DNA from: a virus
Virus record (IMG/VR): IMGVR_UViG_3300008259_000009
Reading direction: 5' to 3' (one strand)
DNA length: 64,000 bases
In this document: one piece after another, positions 27,188 through 36,579 of the stretch
Numbering within the stretch: the stretch's first letter is position 1
Layout: each line of letters starts with the position of its first letter
Translations under genes and position numbers: made by a program
Notes under the pieces: model-generated
Database searches by the model: none
Told to the model about the DNA's origin: nothing
Seen by the model: only the letters and a program-made list of their open reading frames with translations

Positions 27188-28948
27188 TTAATTTTTTATT
27201 TTTATTTTTATTTTGGTCCCTATTTTGTTCTTCTCACAAGATATCTCAAAACCATGTTCTTTAAGTATTGCAATACAAATATTTAAACCCAACCCTGTAC
27301 CAGATTCTTTTTGTCCTTCCTTTCTAGTATACGGTTGAGATAATTTCTCAAAGTCTTTTTGGGTTATCCCTCTACCATTATCTTGGATGATAATGTGACT
27401 TTCTTCACTATAAATTTTTACAAATTTAGTATCACTATCATTATATTTTAACCCGTTTCTAATTAGATTATCAACTGCGGTACAAAATAAAGATTCATTA
27501 ACTTCTAATGTAGGTAACTCTTCTAATACGACTTGTGACTTATAAGATGTACTTGATAAGTAACTATCTAATATTTCTTTTACGTTACAAACAGTTTTTT
27601 CTAAAACAGCATCTTTCTTAACTAAATTAGTAAACTCATAAACCCCCTTATATACTTTTTGCGAATGTTTTAACCCTTCCCTCAACATTTTAAGAGGACC
27701 TTCAATTTTTAACCTTTCAATATCATCATTAGTTAATCGTCGTTCTAGTGAACTCAACCCTCTTGGGATGTAAGTATTTATCCCTGAGTGCATATCGTGT
27801 CTTAGTATTTTTGCCGCATGCTCTAAATAGGTGTTTTTTTTGTCAATCTCTTTTAAAGTTTTCATTAACTCTGTTACATCATATCTTATTGACATAAATC
27901 CTGTAAGGTTATTGTCGCTATCAAATTCGGCCTTAATATATGAATCAACCCAATACAATTCACCGTTTTTATTTTTATTAGTTACGACATTGTTCCATAT
28001 TTTATTATCCACTAATATTGTTTTATACATATCGGACCAATATTTTTTTGGGTGAGCCCCTGAATTAACAATATTATGGTCTTGACCTAAAACTTCAGAT
28101 AAAGACCAACCTGAAACTTCTTCAAACCTCTTATTAACATAAGTTATTTTACCATTTTTATCCGCTTTACTAACCAATACTGAATAGTCAATAAATCCTT
28201 CAATGTCTTTAATATTTTTACTTACGTTATTTGATATTTTAACTGAATACGCAAATGAATAAAGTGATGATAAAATTTGCGCAAAATTAACTTCTAAGTT
28301 AGTCCACTCTCGTTTAGTTAGACTTTCAATACAGATAACGCCTATAATATCACCCCCATATATTATGGGAACGTCTAACATAGACTTAATACCTAATGGT
28401 TTAAGGTAACTATCTTTAAAACAATTTGTCGCCTGATGAGTCTCAGCATCATTGGCAATTATTATTGGATTATATATTAATGACGTAAAATAAGACTCAA
28501 AATCTTTTTTAAATAATTCAGTTCCACTATACCATTTATTTTCACTTTTAACGAATAATTGTTCACAAATTATTGATGTTTTATCCTCATTATATAACCA
28601 TATGGAACATCTATCAGTGTTTATTGTTTCAGTCACTTCATTTGTTAATATTTTAGCACCATCAATAGTATTACCAACATAAAACAAAGGATTATGAGAT
28701 TGGGATATTAAAACATCAATTAGTTTTTTAGTATATTCAGATTCTATTTCAATAACCTTATTTCTTTTTAGGTATTCAATAATAAAAACTATTAAACAAA
28801 AAACAATGAACGCTTTAGAATAAAAACTAAACCTTAAAACACTCTCCGTAACTAACATTAATTCGGTATATATTAAGGTATGCATCGTTAAAAATGAAAC
28901 TAAACCTATAATCCCAAAGAATAACGATATTTTTGATATTTTATTCAT
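27188..28948 (-). CDS. Membrane sensor histidine kinase (2 TM-GAF-PAS/PAC-HK)
   Basis: ILRHDMHS H-box, NLIRNGLKYN N-box, QDNGRG, GTGLGL; GAF SMLDVPI; PAS VSKADKNGKITYVN. Confidence 0.93.
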   Translation of the reverse strand: MNKISKISLFFGIIGLVSFLTMHTLIYTELMLVTESVLRFSFYSKAFIVFCLIVFIIEYLKRNKVIEIESEYTKKLIDVLISQSHNPLFYVGNTIDGAKILTNEVTETINTDRCSIWLYNEDKTSIICEQLFVKSENKWYSGTELFKKDFESYFTSLIYNPIIIANDAETHQATNCFKDSYLKPLGIKSMLDVPIIYGGDIIGVICIESLTKREWTNLEVNFAQILSSLYSFAYSVKISNNVSKNIKDIEGFIDYSVLVSKADKNGKITYVNKRFEEVSGWSLSEVLGQDHNIVNSGAHPKKYWSDMYKTILVDNKIWNNVVTNKNKNGELYWVDSYIKAEFDSDNNLTGFMSIRYDVTELMKTLKEIDKKNTYLEHAAKILRHDMHSGINTYIPRGLSSLERRLTNDDIERLKIEGPLKMLREGLKHSQKVYKGVYEFTNLVKKDAVLEKTVCNVKEILDSYLSSTSYKSQVVLEELPTLEVNESLFCTAVDNLIRNGLKYNDSDTKFVKIYSEESHIIIQDNGRGITQKDFEKLSQPYTRKEGQKESGTGLGLNICIAILKEHGFEISCEKNKIGTKIKIKIKN

Positions 28949-29036
28949 ACTTAATAAATACTATTTAATGAAAAAAAAACTAATTCAACCCCATTGTTAC
29001 CCCGTTTAGGATATTTATTTAAAAATATAAATAGAT

Positions 29037-29855
29037 ATGTTAAAAATTGGTTCAACAGGTGAGGATGTAAAAAAATTACAATCCAAACTAGGCTTAAAGG
29101 CCGATGGTGTATTTGGTCCTGGTACCGAAAAAGCAGTTAAAGAATGGCAATCCAGTAATGGTCTAACTGCCGATGGAATTGTAGGTCAAAAAAGTTTGGA
29201 AAAACTATATGGGACCACAATAATTAAAGAAGATGTTGTTATACCGTCAACAAGTGGTTTAAACATTAGTAAATTAAAAGGTCACATACCTGATTCAGTA
29301 TTGTCTCAGATTGACGAGACGGCAAAAAAATTTAATATTACATCTAATTTAAGATTGGCACATTTCTTAGCACAATGTGCTCACGAAAGTGGAAATTTTA
29401 GGGCGGTTTCAGAAAATCTACATTATTCTGCGGACGCACTTAAAAGAGTGTTCGGAAAATATTTTCCAGGTAACTTAGCTGAATCATATGCGAAACAACC
29501 TGAAAAAATTGCTTCAAGAGTTTATGGTGGAAGAATGGGTAATGGTGATGAATCAACAAAAGAAGGTTTTAAATTTAGAGGGAGAGGGTTTATACAATTA
29601 ACAGGAAAAAATAACTATACAAACTTCAGTAAATTTGTTGGTGAAGATTGTGTGGCGAATCCTGATTTAGTTGCAACAAAATATCCATTAGCGTCCGCAG
29701 CTTATTTCTTTGATGCGAATGGTCTATGGGGTATTTGTGATAAAGGTGCCGATGATGCGGTTGTTAAATCGGTTACAAAACGAGTAAACGGTGGTGATAA
29801 TGGTCTTGCTGATAGATTAAAACATTTTAAAGAATTTTATAATCTTTTAAAATAA
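29037..29855 (+). CDS. Endolysin: peptidoglycan-binding domain + GH19
   Basis: ADGVFGPGTEKAVKEWQ; HFLAQCAHES; FRGRGFIQLTGKNNY. Confidence 0.92.
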   Translation: MLKIGSTGEDVKKLQSKLGLKADGVFGPGTEKAVKEWQSSNGLTADGIVGQKSLEKLYGTTIIKEDVVIPSTSGLNISKLKGHIPDSVLSQIDETAKKFNITSNLRLAHFLAQCAHESGNFRAVSENLHYSADALKRVFGKYFPGNLAESYAKQPEKIASRVYGGRMGNGDESTKEGFKFRGRGFIQLTGKNNYTNFSKFVGEDCVANPDLVATKYPLASAAYFFDANGLWGICDKGADDAVVKSVTKRVNGGDNGLADRLKHFKEFYNLLK

Positions 29856-29856
29856 G

Positions 29857-29884
29857 AAAAACCCCTCCAAAGAGGGGTTTTTTA
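29857..29884. terminator. Bidirectional intrinsic terminator
   Basis: AAAAACCCCTC-CAAA-GAGGGGTTTTTTT. Confidence 0.8.
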
Positions 29885-30580
29885 CTACCAAAATATTTCA
29901 TTTGTGATTGGGTCCCACTCAAAACTCCAAGGTGTGTGACCATAAAGATATTGCTCGTCAAGAACCGCAGCATTGAAGTAATGTGTAGTTCCGTCAAAAT
30001 AGTGTCCGTGTCCTGAATGAATGTGACCACAAACAAAGATTTTAGGTTTTACTTGTTTGATTCTTTCAGCAAGTAATTCACATCCAAGGTGTTGTCCTCG
30101 TCGTCCTTCAACATCATCATTCATCCCCCAACTTGGTCCGTGAGTGATAAGAATGTCAATACCTTCAGGAATCATATCCCATTTTGATTTAAGTTCTTCA
30201 CCATTGCGAGGAAGATTAAACGCCCAATTATAGAACTCAGGTTGCCAAGGACTACCCCAAATTTTTATTTCAGGTTTGTCACCATCTTGGTATCCAACAA
30301 CCTCATCTTGGATGTAGTCAATTGTCTTATAACCAGTTAATAATCCTTTGATTTTCTCTGTGTTATTTTGAAACCCCCAATCGTGGTTACCAGCGATGAA
30401 ACCTTTAAAATCGTAAATATTGATTTTATCATACCAATTTGCAAACCCTTGGATTTCATGCTCATAACCCATAGAGGATATGTCGCCAGCATGGAGTAAG
30501 ATATCACCACCAGGTAAGTCCCCATTCAACTTATTATGCTTATTATGCGTGTCAGAAATTAATGTTAGTTTGTATTTCAT
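29885..30580 (-). CDS. Metallophosphoesterase (calcineurin-like)
   Basis: ISDTH, HAGDI, IAGNHD, LITHGP, CGHIH; TATATTTG at 30585-30592. Confidence 0.92.
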   Translation of the reverse strand: MKYKLTLISDTHNKHNKLNGDLPGGDILLHAGDISSMGYEHEIQGFANWYDKINIYDFKGFIAGNHDWGFQNNTEKIKGLLTGYKTIDYIQDEVVGYQDGDKPEIKIWGSPWQPEFYNWAFNLPRNGEELKSKWDMIPEGIDILITHGPSWGMNDDVEGRRGQHLGCELLAERIKQVKPKIFVCGHIHSGHGHYFDGTTHYFNAAVLDEQYLYGHTPWSFEWDPITNEIFW

Positions 30581-30603
30581 ATTACAAATATAATAAAATT
30601 ATT

Positions 30604-31194
30604 TTAATCCCACCAGCGAGAAATCTCACTTTCCATTATTTTAAAAATCAATTTTCTACAACGGTCTTGATTTCTATACGACATTTTCATAGCGATTTTA
30701 CTTTTGGTTTCAACATCAACAAGTTCTTCATCAGAAAAATCTTCTTCAGACAACACCTCTTTGAAGATTCTTGGGTACTTTTTAAAGTAGTCATCGTAAT
30801 TTTCAGAAATCAATGTGTTCTCCATTGTAAACCATTTTTTGGTTTCGTCGGTTGGTACAAACTCAAATTCACTTTTTTGATAATCCATATATTCCATATG
30901 ATAGAAATCATCCTGTTGTAATTTGATTAACTTCGCAACCATTCTCATTTTCTCAGCATCTCTTTTTGCTGATACATGGATTCCACGACCTCCAATATAT
31001 TTTGCCTGATTCTCCAATTTAACTCTGAGAATTTCAAATATAAAGGTATCATCCCAATCACGGTCTTTCCAAATCGTAGGAAACCATCTCCAAAGATTTT
31101 TTACGCCACGAGCAAATTCCTTGTGCATGTATTTCCCATCAAATTTCCACCAAAGTGATATCTTTTCAAATATGTTTAATTTCTCTGTTTCCAT
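30604..31194 (-). CDS. Hypothetical phage protein
   Basis: 196 aa; TATCTTTG at 31199-31206. Confidence 0.75.
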   Translation of the reverse strand: METEKLNIFEKISLWWKFDGKYMHKEFARGVKNLWRWFPTIWKDRDWDDTFIFEILRVKLENQAKYIGGRGIHVSAKRDAEKMRMVAKLIKLQQDDFYHMEYMDYQKSEFEFVPTDETKKWFTMENTLISENYDDYFKKYPRIFKEVLSEEDFSDEELVDVETKSKIAMKMSYRNQDRCRKLIFKIMESEISRWWD

Positions 31195-31222
31195 GTGACA
31201 AAGATAATAAAGTTTTGTGGAT

Positions 31223-31290
31223 AAAAAAAGGGATTGTAAAAAATTACAATCCCCTCTTATATATAGGCACTCAGATGAGAGTGATAGTAA
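31223..31290 (-). ncRNA. Candidate small RNA (promoter motif, hairpin, terminator)
   Basis: ATATTTAT 31293-31300, CACTC/GAGTG hairpin, 10-bp GGGATTGTAA/TTACAATCCC terminator + T7; no ORF. Confidence 0.4.
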
Positions 31291-31335
31291 TAATAAATAT
31301 ATGAGTCTTTAAAAAAATTAACTCTGTAATCTTAA

Positions 31336-31554
31336 TTAGGACAGATTTTTTTGTATCTCATCAAGTCTTAACGATTTTTGTCGTTCATAATCAGAATTAA
31401 TTGTCAACAACTTAATGTCGGATAACTCATAAGACCATTTTTGTTTATAAGTCTTAAATAATAAATCAGCAACTTTTAAATGAGTGATTGTTAAACAAGA
31501 ATTTAACACTTTTAACACCCATTTGTATTCATTCTCAACGTGTAAAAAATCCAT
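31336..31554 (-). CDS. Hypothetical protein
   Basis: 72 aa, in operon with neighbour. Confidence 0.6.
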   Translation of the reverse strand: MDFLHVENEYKWVLKVLNSCLTITHLKVADLLFKTYKQKWSYELSDIKLLTINSDYERQKSLRLDEIQKNLS

Positions 31555-31555
31555 A

Positions 31556-31741
31556 TTATTTTATTTTTTTCTTTAAAATTTCTTTAATGTCAATTTTTGG
31601 GTTGTTTTTTATACCCTTAATTTTTTTAAAATCTTTAAAATCAATTTTTATGTGTTTCTTTATTTGTAAAAACATTAATACCATAAATATTAACGGTATA
31701 AAGATAACAATAAGTAAAACAATGATTAAAAATATTTTCAT
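31556..31741 (-). CDS. Small membrane-anchored basic protein
   Basis: N-terminal TM; TACATTTG at 31746-31753. Confidence 0.55.
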   Translation of the reverse strand: MKIFLIIVLLIVIFIPLIFMVLMFLQIKKHIKIDFKDFKKIKGIKNNPKIDIKEILKKKIK

Positions 31742-31834
31742 AATTCAAATGTAACAAATAATTTAATTAAAAACAAATTAAATAATTGACCATATACTCT
31801 CAACTATTTATATTAAAATATAAGACATTTTTTT

Positions 31835-32113
31835 ATGAAAAAAGCATTAGAGGTTTTACTAAATAAAGTTTTTAAAAAAGACCTTGAGCTTTTATATGGT
31901 GAAGGATGTTATGTTCTTATTAATCGGATACATTTTTCCGAATATCAAAAAAAATATATGATAGACTGTAAACTAATGATTCCAAAAGAGACTGTGCTAG
32001 AAGAGTTAAATGAGACATATCCTGACGGGTTAAATTACCTAATGAATGAATCTTGGAAATTTATGGTGGTACCTGAAAATACTCAATTAATGTCAACTAT
32101 TGATTTTTTTTAA
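31835..32113 (+). CDS. Hypothetical protein
   Basis: 92 aa; CTATTTAT variant upstream. Confidence 0.65.
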   Translation: MKKALEVLLNKVFKKDLELLYGEGCYVLINRIHFSEYQKKYMIDCKLMIPKETVLEELNETYPDGLNYLMNESWKFMVVPENTQLMSTIDFF

Positions 32114-32138
32114 TATATTTGTCAAAAAATAATATTCT

Positions 32139-32468
32139 ATGGCAACAACCGCATTAATTAACATTTATAATGAAAAGGATGATTTACTTATAAGTATTCA
32201 CATCCAACACGATGGGGGTAAGAGACTTAAAACCAAATTAGAAAGATTTATTAATGATGGTAGATATATTGACGCCATATCATTTACCACACCAAGATTA
32301 GGAGATGCATTTTTGGGTATGGGGTGTTTTGCAGCAAGTTTAATTACTAAATTAAAAACTGAGTGTGGTGATGTCTTTATTACTAAAAATACAAACGTCC
32401 TTAATTTATATGATTATGTTTATGACATTCGTTTTGATAATGAAAAGAATAAAATTGTGATGTATTAA
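32139..32468 (+). CDS. Hypothetical phage protein
   Basis: IQHDG..GMGCFAASLI; TATATTTG at 32114-32121. Confidence 0.7.
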   Translation: MATTALINIYNEKDDLLISIHIQHDGGKRLKTKLERFINDGRYIDAISFTTPRLGDAFLGMGCFAASLITKLKTECGDVFITKNTNVLNLYDYVYDIRFDNEKNKIVMY

Positions 32469-32514
32469 GTTGATTCATTAAAGTTTTAACATATACTTAT
32501 TAAAAAACTGATTT

Positions 32515-32940
32515 ATGAAAAAAGTACAAAATGGTGACACCGTTGTAGTTAATTACACGGGTAGATTAGAAGATGGGACTGTTTTTGATTCATCTTTAAC
32601 TGAAGGTAGAGAACCTCTTAAAGCCCAATTAGGTCAAGGTCTTTTAATTAAAGGATTTGAGGACGGATTATTAGAAATGAATGAGGGTGACAAAAAAACG
32701 ATTGAGATTGAGCCTACAAATGCTTACGGAGATATTAATCCAGAAATGATTGTTGAGGTACCAAAGGAACAAATCCCTGAAGGTGTTTCTGTTGGGGATA
32801 TGTTACAAGCTCAGGGACCTATGGGACCTGTTAATGTTAGGGTTGCAGAAATAAAGGAAGATGTTGTAATAATTGACGCAAATCATCCTTTGGCAGGTAA
32901 AAAATTAATTTTTGATTTAGAACTTGTCACGGTTGAGTAA
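32515..32940 (+). CDS. FKBP-type peptidyl-prolyl isomerase (SlyD/FkpB-like, no His tail)
   Basis: VNYTGRLEDGTVFDSS, LIKGFE, AYG, IDANHPLAGKKLIFD. Confidence 0.95.
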   Translation: MKKVQNGDTVVVNYTGRLEDGTVFDSSLTEGREPLKAQLGQGLLIKGFEDGLLEMNEGDKKTIEIEPTNAYGDINPEMIVEVPKEQIPEGVSVGDMLQAQGPMGPVNVRVAEIKEDVVIIDANHPLAGKKLIFDLELVTVE

Positions 32941-32960
32941 AACAAAAAAATTAAAAAGTC

Positions 32961-32999
32961 AAGAGACCACCAATTAAAAACTGGTGGTTCTTTTTTTTT
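32961..32999 (+). terminator. Intrinsic terminator
   Basis: ACCACCA..TGGTGGT then T-run. Confidence 0.75.
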
Positions 33000-33075
33000 A
33001 CGGGGTTTCATTGAACATTTCCCGTTTTTTGATTAACATTTGTATAGAGTTATTAACAATTTAAATTTAAAAATT

Positions 33076-33417
33076 ATGGAAGAGAATGTAGAAAAGAGAA
33101 AAGTAACGGCTAAAGAAGTTGTTAAAAACGCAATGGTTTATGGTATTATTGTTATTTCGGTGGTAGCATCATTTATTGTAGGTTTTACATATCACAAATT
33201 AACTAACAAAACTGTGATTTCTAAAAAAGAAATTGTTAAAGTTAGGAAAAATGATGTAACAATCGCCATTGATGAAAGTCATCATTTAATTATCATCAAT
33301 AATAATACAGGTGATTACACTGTGTACCAAGATTCAATCGGTAATACAATCTTTAAACTATACGCAGCAAATGTTTGGGGTCAACATAGTCCTGTGATTA
33401 ATAAAATTAAACCTTAA
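33076..33417 (+). CDS. Membrane-anchored protein
   Basis: Single TM YGIIVISVVASFIVGF; co-oriented with SLT gene. Confidence 0.7.
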   Translation: MEENVEKRKVTAKEVVKNAMVYGIIVISVVASFIVGFTYHKLTNKTVISKKEIVKVRKNDVTIAIDESHHLIIINNNTGDYTVYQDSIGNTIFKLYAANVWGQHSPVINKIKP

Positions 33418-33420
33418 ATT

Positions 33421-33978
33421 ATGAATACAAAAAATTTAATTTTAACGTCATTGTTTACAATATCGTTATTGATTGTTTTAACTTCTTTGGGTTCATTTAA
33501 AACAACAATTCAGTTTAAAAAAGAAGTTGAGTTATTCAAAAGTAATAATGAAATTGTTTCACCAATACCTATGTATATGTACGAAAATATTGAGAAATAT
33601 TCTACCGAATACAATATACCCAAGTATATAGCGTACAACATATCTTATTTGGAGACAAGGTATCAAGGACCATTTCATTGGGGTTACAATCCAAGTCAGA
33701 TTTCTTGTGTTGGAGCGTTGGGTCCCATGCAAATAATGCCAGGTACCGCTAAACTAATACAGAAACGTAGAGTGCCAAATGAAATTTTAAAAAATGATAT
33801 CAGACTAAACATTGAAATTAGTATGAAATTATTACGAAAACTATATAACAAGTATCATGATTGGGGAATAGTATGCGGATGTTATAATACAGGTAGACCA
33901 ATGATTAACGATTACGCTAGGTATTGTGTTAAAAATCATGACTATCAAAACAAATGGATACGACCGACTATATTATAG
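33421..33978 (+). CDS. Lytic transglycosylase (SLT) with N-terminal signal/anchor
   Basis: ISYLETRY catalytic Glu, GALGPMQIMPGTA, YNTG. Confidence 0.88.
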   Translation: MNTKNLILTSLFTISLLIVLTSLGSFKTTIQFKKEVELFKSNNEIVSPIPMYMYENIEKYSTEYNIPKYIAYNISYLETRYQGPFHWGYNPSQISCVGALGPMQIMPGTAKLIQKRRVPNEILKNDIRLNIEISMKLLRKLYNKYHDWGIVCGCYNTGRPMINDYARYCVKNHDYQNKWIRPTIL

Positions 33979-34365
33979 TTAATCGTAAAGCTTATCTTCA
34001 GAATCAGGAACGTCTCTCTCAAATTTTTTCATAATGGCACCTGATTCTGAATTTGCTTCATCCTCAATTTTACCACCAATATCAGGACCCATTTCCTTTT
34101 TTTCTACCTCCATTTGATATTCATGAACCCACTCGTGAGCCAAAGTTCTTAAAATATCACGATTCATTCTGTTCTTAGATAAAACTCTAATTTCTTGAGG
34201 TAATCTACTACCTGTAGTCATTTTACCGTTTCTCTCACCTAAAAATATAACTTTTAAATCCCGATTCAAAGGAAATTTATCTTGAAGATAATTAATGAAT
34301 TTATTATATAATTCATATTCATTCTTATCAATACCCGAATTTTTATGTATAATGGTTACTTTCAC
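33979..34365 (-). CDS. Zincin-like metallopeptidase
   Basis: TLAHEWVHEYQ plus EDEAN; ATATTTAT at 34373-34380. Confidence 0.8.
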   Translation of the reverse strand: MKVTIIHKNSGIDKNEYELYNKFINYLQDKFPLNRDLKVIFLGERNGKMTTGSRLPQEIRVLSKNRMNRDILRTLAHEWVHEYQMEVEKKEMGPDIGGKIEDEANSESGAIMKKFERDVPDSEDKLYD

Positions 34366-34431
34366 GTCTTTTATAAATATCTTATATAAACTTTAATGAT
34401 AGGGAAGTATTTATATAAAAAGATAAAAAAA

Positions 34432-35271
34432 ATGAAATTAGTTATAACTGAGAGTCAAAAAAAGTTTTTAATTAGACAGTCTTTAATTGAATCCGATTTT
34501 ATTGATACAGATAGAGATACAGGAAGTGTTATTGGTAACTTAATACTAAAAGGTATAAAGAACGCAAAAACAACGGAACCTACCGATTCATCATCCACCG
34601 ACAATTCAGATGAACCTGTTGATAGTACTGAAAATGTTCAGGGTTCAGGGTCATTTGGTAAAGTTAAACTTTTAGGTAACTTTGATAGTATTCAAAAAAA
34701 TAATATTTCTTTATTAATTGATGAAATGAAAAAAAAGGGAATAACCGACCCTTTAGCTCAAATAGGTATGTTATCTGTCGTTAAAAAAGAATCCAATTTT
34801 AAACCTAAAGGTGAGGTTTCATACGCTAATACAGATAATTCAAGAATTAGAAAAATTTTTGGTTCAAGAGTTAGTAAATTTTCCGATGGTGAACTAAATA
34901 AGTTAAAAAGTAACGCAAAAGAGTTCTTTAATTTAGTTTACGCAAAAATTGCGGGTAATCAAGGAGGTGGTGATGGGTGGAATTTTAGAGGTAGAGGATT
35001 TAATCAGTTGACTGGAAGAGGTAATTACAGAAAATACGGTCAACTTTCAGGGGTGAGTCTTGAGTCAAATCCTGAAATGCTAAATAGAAACGACATTGCT
35101 GCAAAAATTGCGGTTACATTTTTATTAGATGGTCAATCACCATCAAGTATACCTAAATTTTCAAGTAAAGAAGATGCCGCAAGTTATTTTGCCGACAAAA
35201 ACGCAAGAAAAAAACGAAGTGGTCATAGAAATAAAGCCATTGAGGCATCAAAATCATTTGGAGTAGCATAA
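34432..35271 (+). CDS. GH19-like lysozyme with MKLVITESQ leader
   Basis: KKESNF; GDGWNFRGRGFNQLTGRGNY. Confidence 0.85.
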   Translation: MKLVITESQKKFLIRQSLIESDFIDTDRDTGSVIGNLILKGIKNAKTTEPTDSSSTDNSDEPVDSTENVQGSGSFGKVKLLGNFDSIQKNNISLLIDEMKKKGITDPLAQIGMLSVVKKESNFKPKGEVSYANTDNSRIRKIFGSRVSKFSDGELNKLKSNAKEFFNLVYAKIAGNQGGGDGWNFRGRGFNQLTGRGNYRKYGQLSGVSLESNPEMLNRNDIAAKIAVTFLLDGQSPSSIPKFSSKEDAASYFADKNARKKRSGHRNKAIEASKSFGVA

Positions 35272-36428
35272 TGAAAAAATATATATTAGAGGCGTTAGGT
35301 GTTCCTGAAAACATTTTGTTGTCAGGTGAGAAATTATATAAAGATTTATTAAAACAATTATCGTATGAATCAAATGAAACATTTGACGAGGATAGTAAAT
35401 TTGATATAGGGTTCAGTACTAATTTACAAATCAATGAACTTAATATTAAAAAAGTTCATGCTCGGATTGAGTTGGATTTTGTTGATACCGATAAAATTTT
35501 AATGGCAGGTATGGGTTTTTCGCCAAGATATACTCATAACATTAAAAAATTTGTGAGTATGTCTTTACAAGATTTTTCAGAATTATACATTTCCGTTTCT
35601 CTTTATTTACCTGAAAGGGATGTTAATATGTCTGAAATAATTAAATTTTTAAAAGATGAAAAAACAGAGATTTTACCTTCGTTATCTCACGAATTAAAAC
35701 ACGCATATGACAATTTTAAAGAACCTGAAAAACCATTGACACATATTGTTGACTATGGTACAACATCCAATTTCGGGGCATTTGGTATTAAACCTTTAAG
35801 AATATTTTTCCATTATCTTTATTTGGCAACATTAACTGAGACTTTAGTTAAACCAACTGAAGTTGCCTCAAGAATGATATTATCCGATGTCAATAAAACT
35901 CAATTTTTAGAATTCCTTTTAAATGATAAAACTTTTAAAGAATTTATGGTTTTAAAAAACTATACGTTTGAGGACTTAGTGTCAGAGTTGAAATCTGATA
36001 TTGAAACTATTAAAACTCGTTTACGTGACAGTGATATTGATGTCCCTGAAAGTGATGATGAGATTATTAATCTAATCTTAGAGTTGGGTTATATAAACTT
36101 AACTAACGATAAGGGTGAGATGTTAAAACATTTATTAATATCGGGGGAAGAGGACAGTCTTTTAAAATTTATGGAATTCATGGGAGGGATTGACCCTGAA
36201 AGTGATAAAGGTAAATATTTTTATAAAAACTTATCAAAATTTTCAAAGTATCAAAATAACCCATTAAATTTTTATAAAAATGAAATTAAATTGTTTAATT
36301 TTGTAGGAGAAAAAATGGCGAAAAAGATTGGTAAACTTTATGAAATGGCCCAAGACCCTGAAGATACTCATTCAAACATCATTAGAAAAATTTATGTTAA
36401 ATCTAATACAAATGAAAAAAGAACCTAA
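35271..36428 (+). CDS. Zincin-like metallopeptidase domain protein
   Basis: SLSHELKHAYD plus KPTEVA; MKKYILE N-terminus. Confidence 0.7.
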   Translation: MKKYILEALGVPENILLSGEKLYKDLLKQLSYESNETFDEDSKFDIGFSTNLQINELNIKKVHARIELDFVDTDKILMAGMGFSPRYTHNIKKFVSMSLQDFSELYISVSLYLPERDVNMSEIIKFLKDEKTEILPSLSHELKHAYDNFKEPEKPLTHIVDYGTTSNFGAFGIKPLRIFFHYLYLATLTETLVKPTEVASRMILSDVNKTQFLEFLLNDKTFKEFMVLKNYTFEDLVSELKSDIETIKTRLRDSDIDVPESDDEIINLILELGYINLTNDKGEMLKHLLISGEEDSLLKFMEFMGGIDPESDKGKYFYKNLSKFSKYQNNPLNFYKNEIKLFNFVGEKMAKKIGKLYEMAQDPEDTHSNIIRKIYVKSNTNEKRT

Positions 36429-36567
36429 ATACAAAACAGAGTGGATAATAGACCCATTAATAAGTCCCACAGATAATTGGGAACTTTATCAGAAGATAAT
36501 GGAAAGTAAACCGTTACCTAAAATTGAGACTGATTATAAATACAAAATAAAACCCCCTAAAAAATAA
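36412..36567 (+). CDS. Hypothetical protein (51 aa)
   Basis: MKKEPKYKTEWIIDPLISPTDNWELYQK; internal Met of 36328 ORF. Confidence 0.5.
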   Translation: MKKEPKYKTEWIIDPLISPTDNWELYQKIMESKPLPKIETDYKYKIKPPKK

Positions 36568-36578
36568 GGGGGTTTTTT
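36549..36578. terminator. Bidirectional intrinsic terminator
   Basis: AAAACCCCC..GGGGGTTTTTT. Confidence 0.75.
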
Positions 36579-36579
36579 G

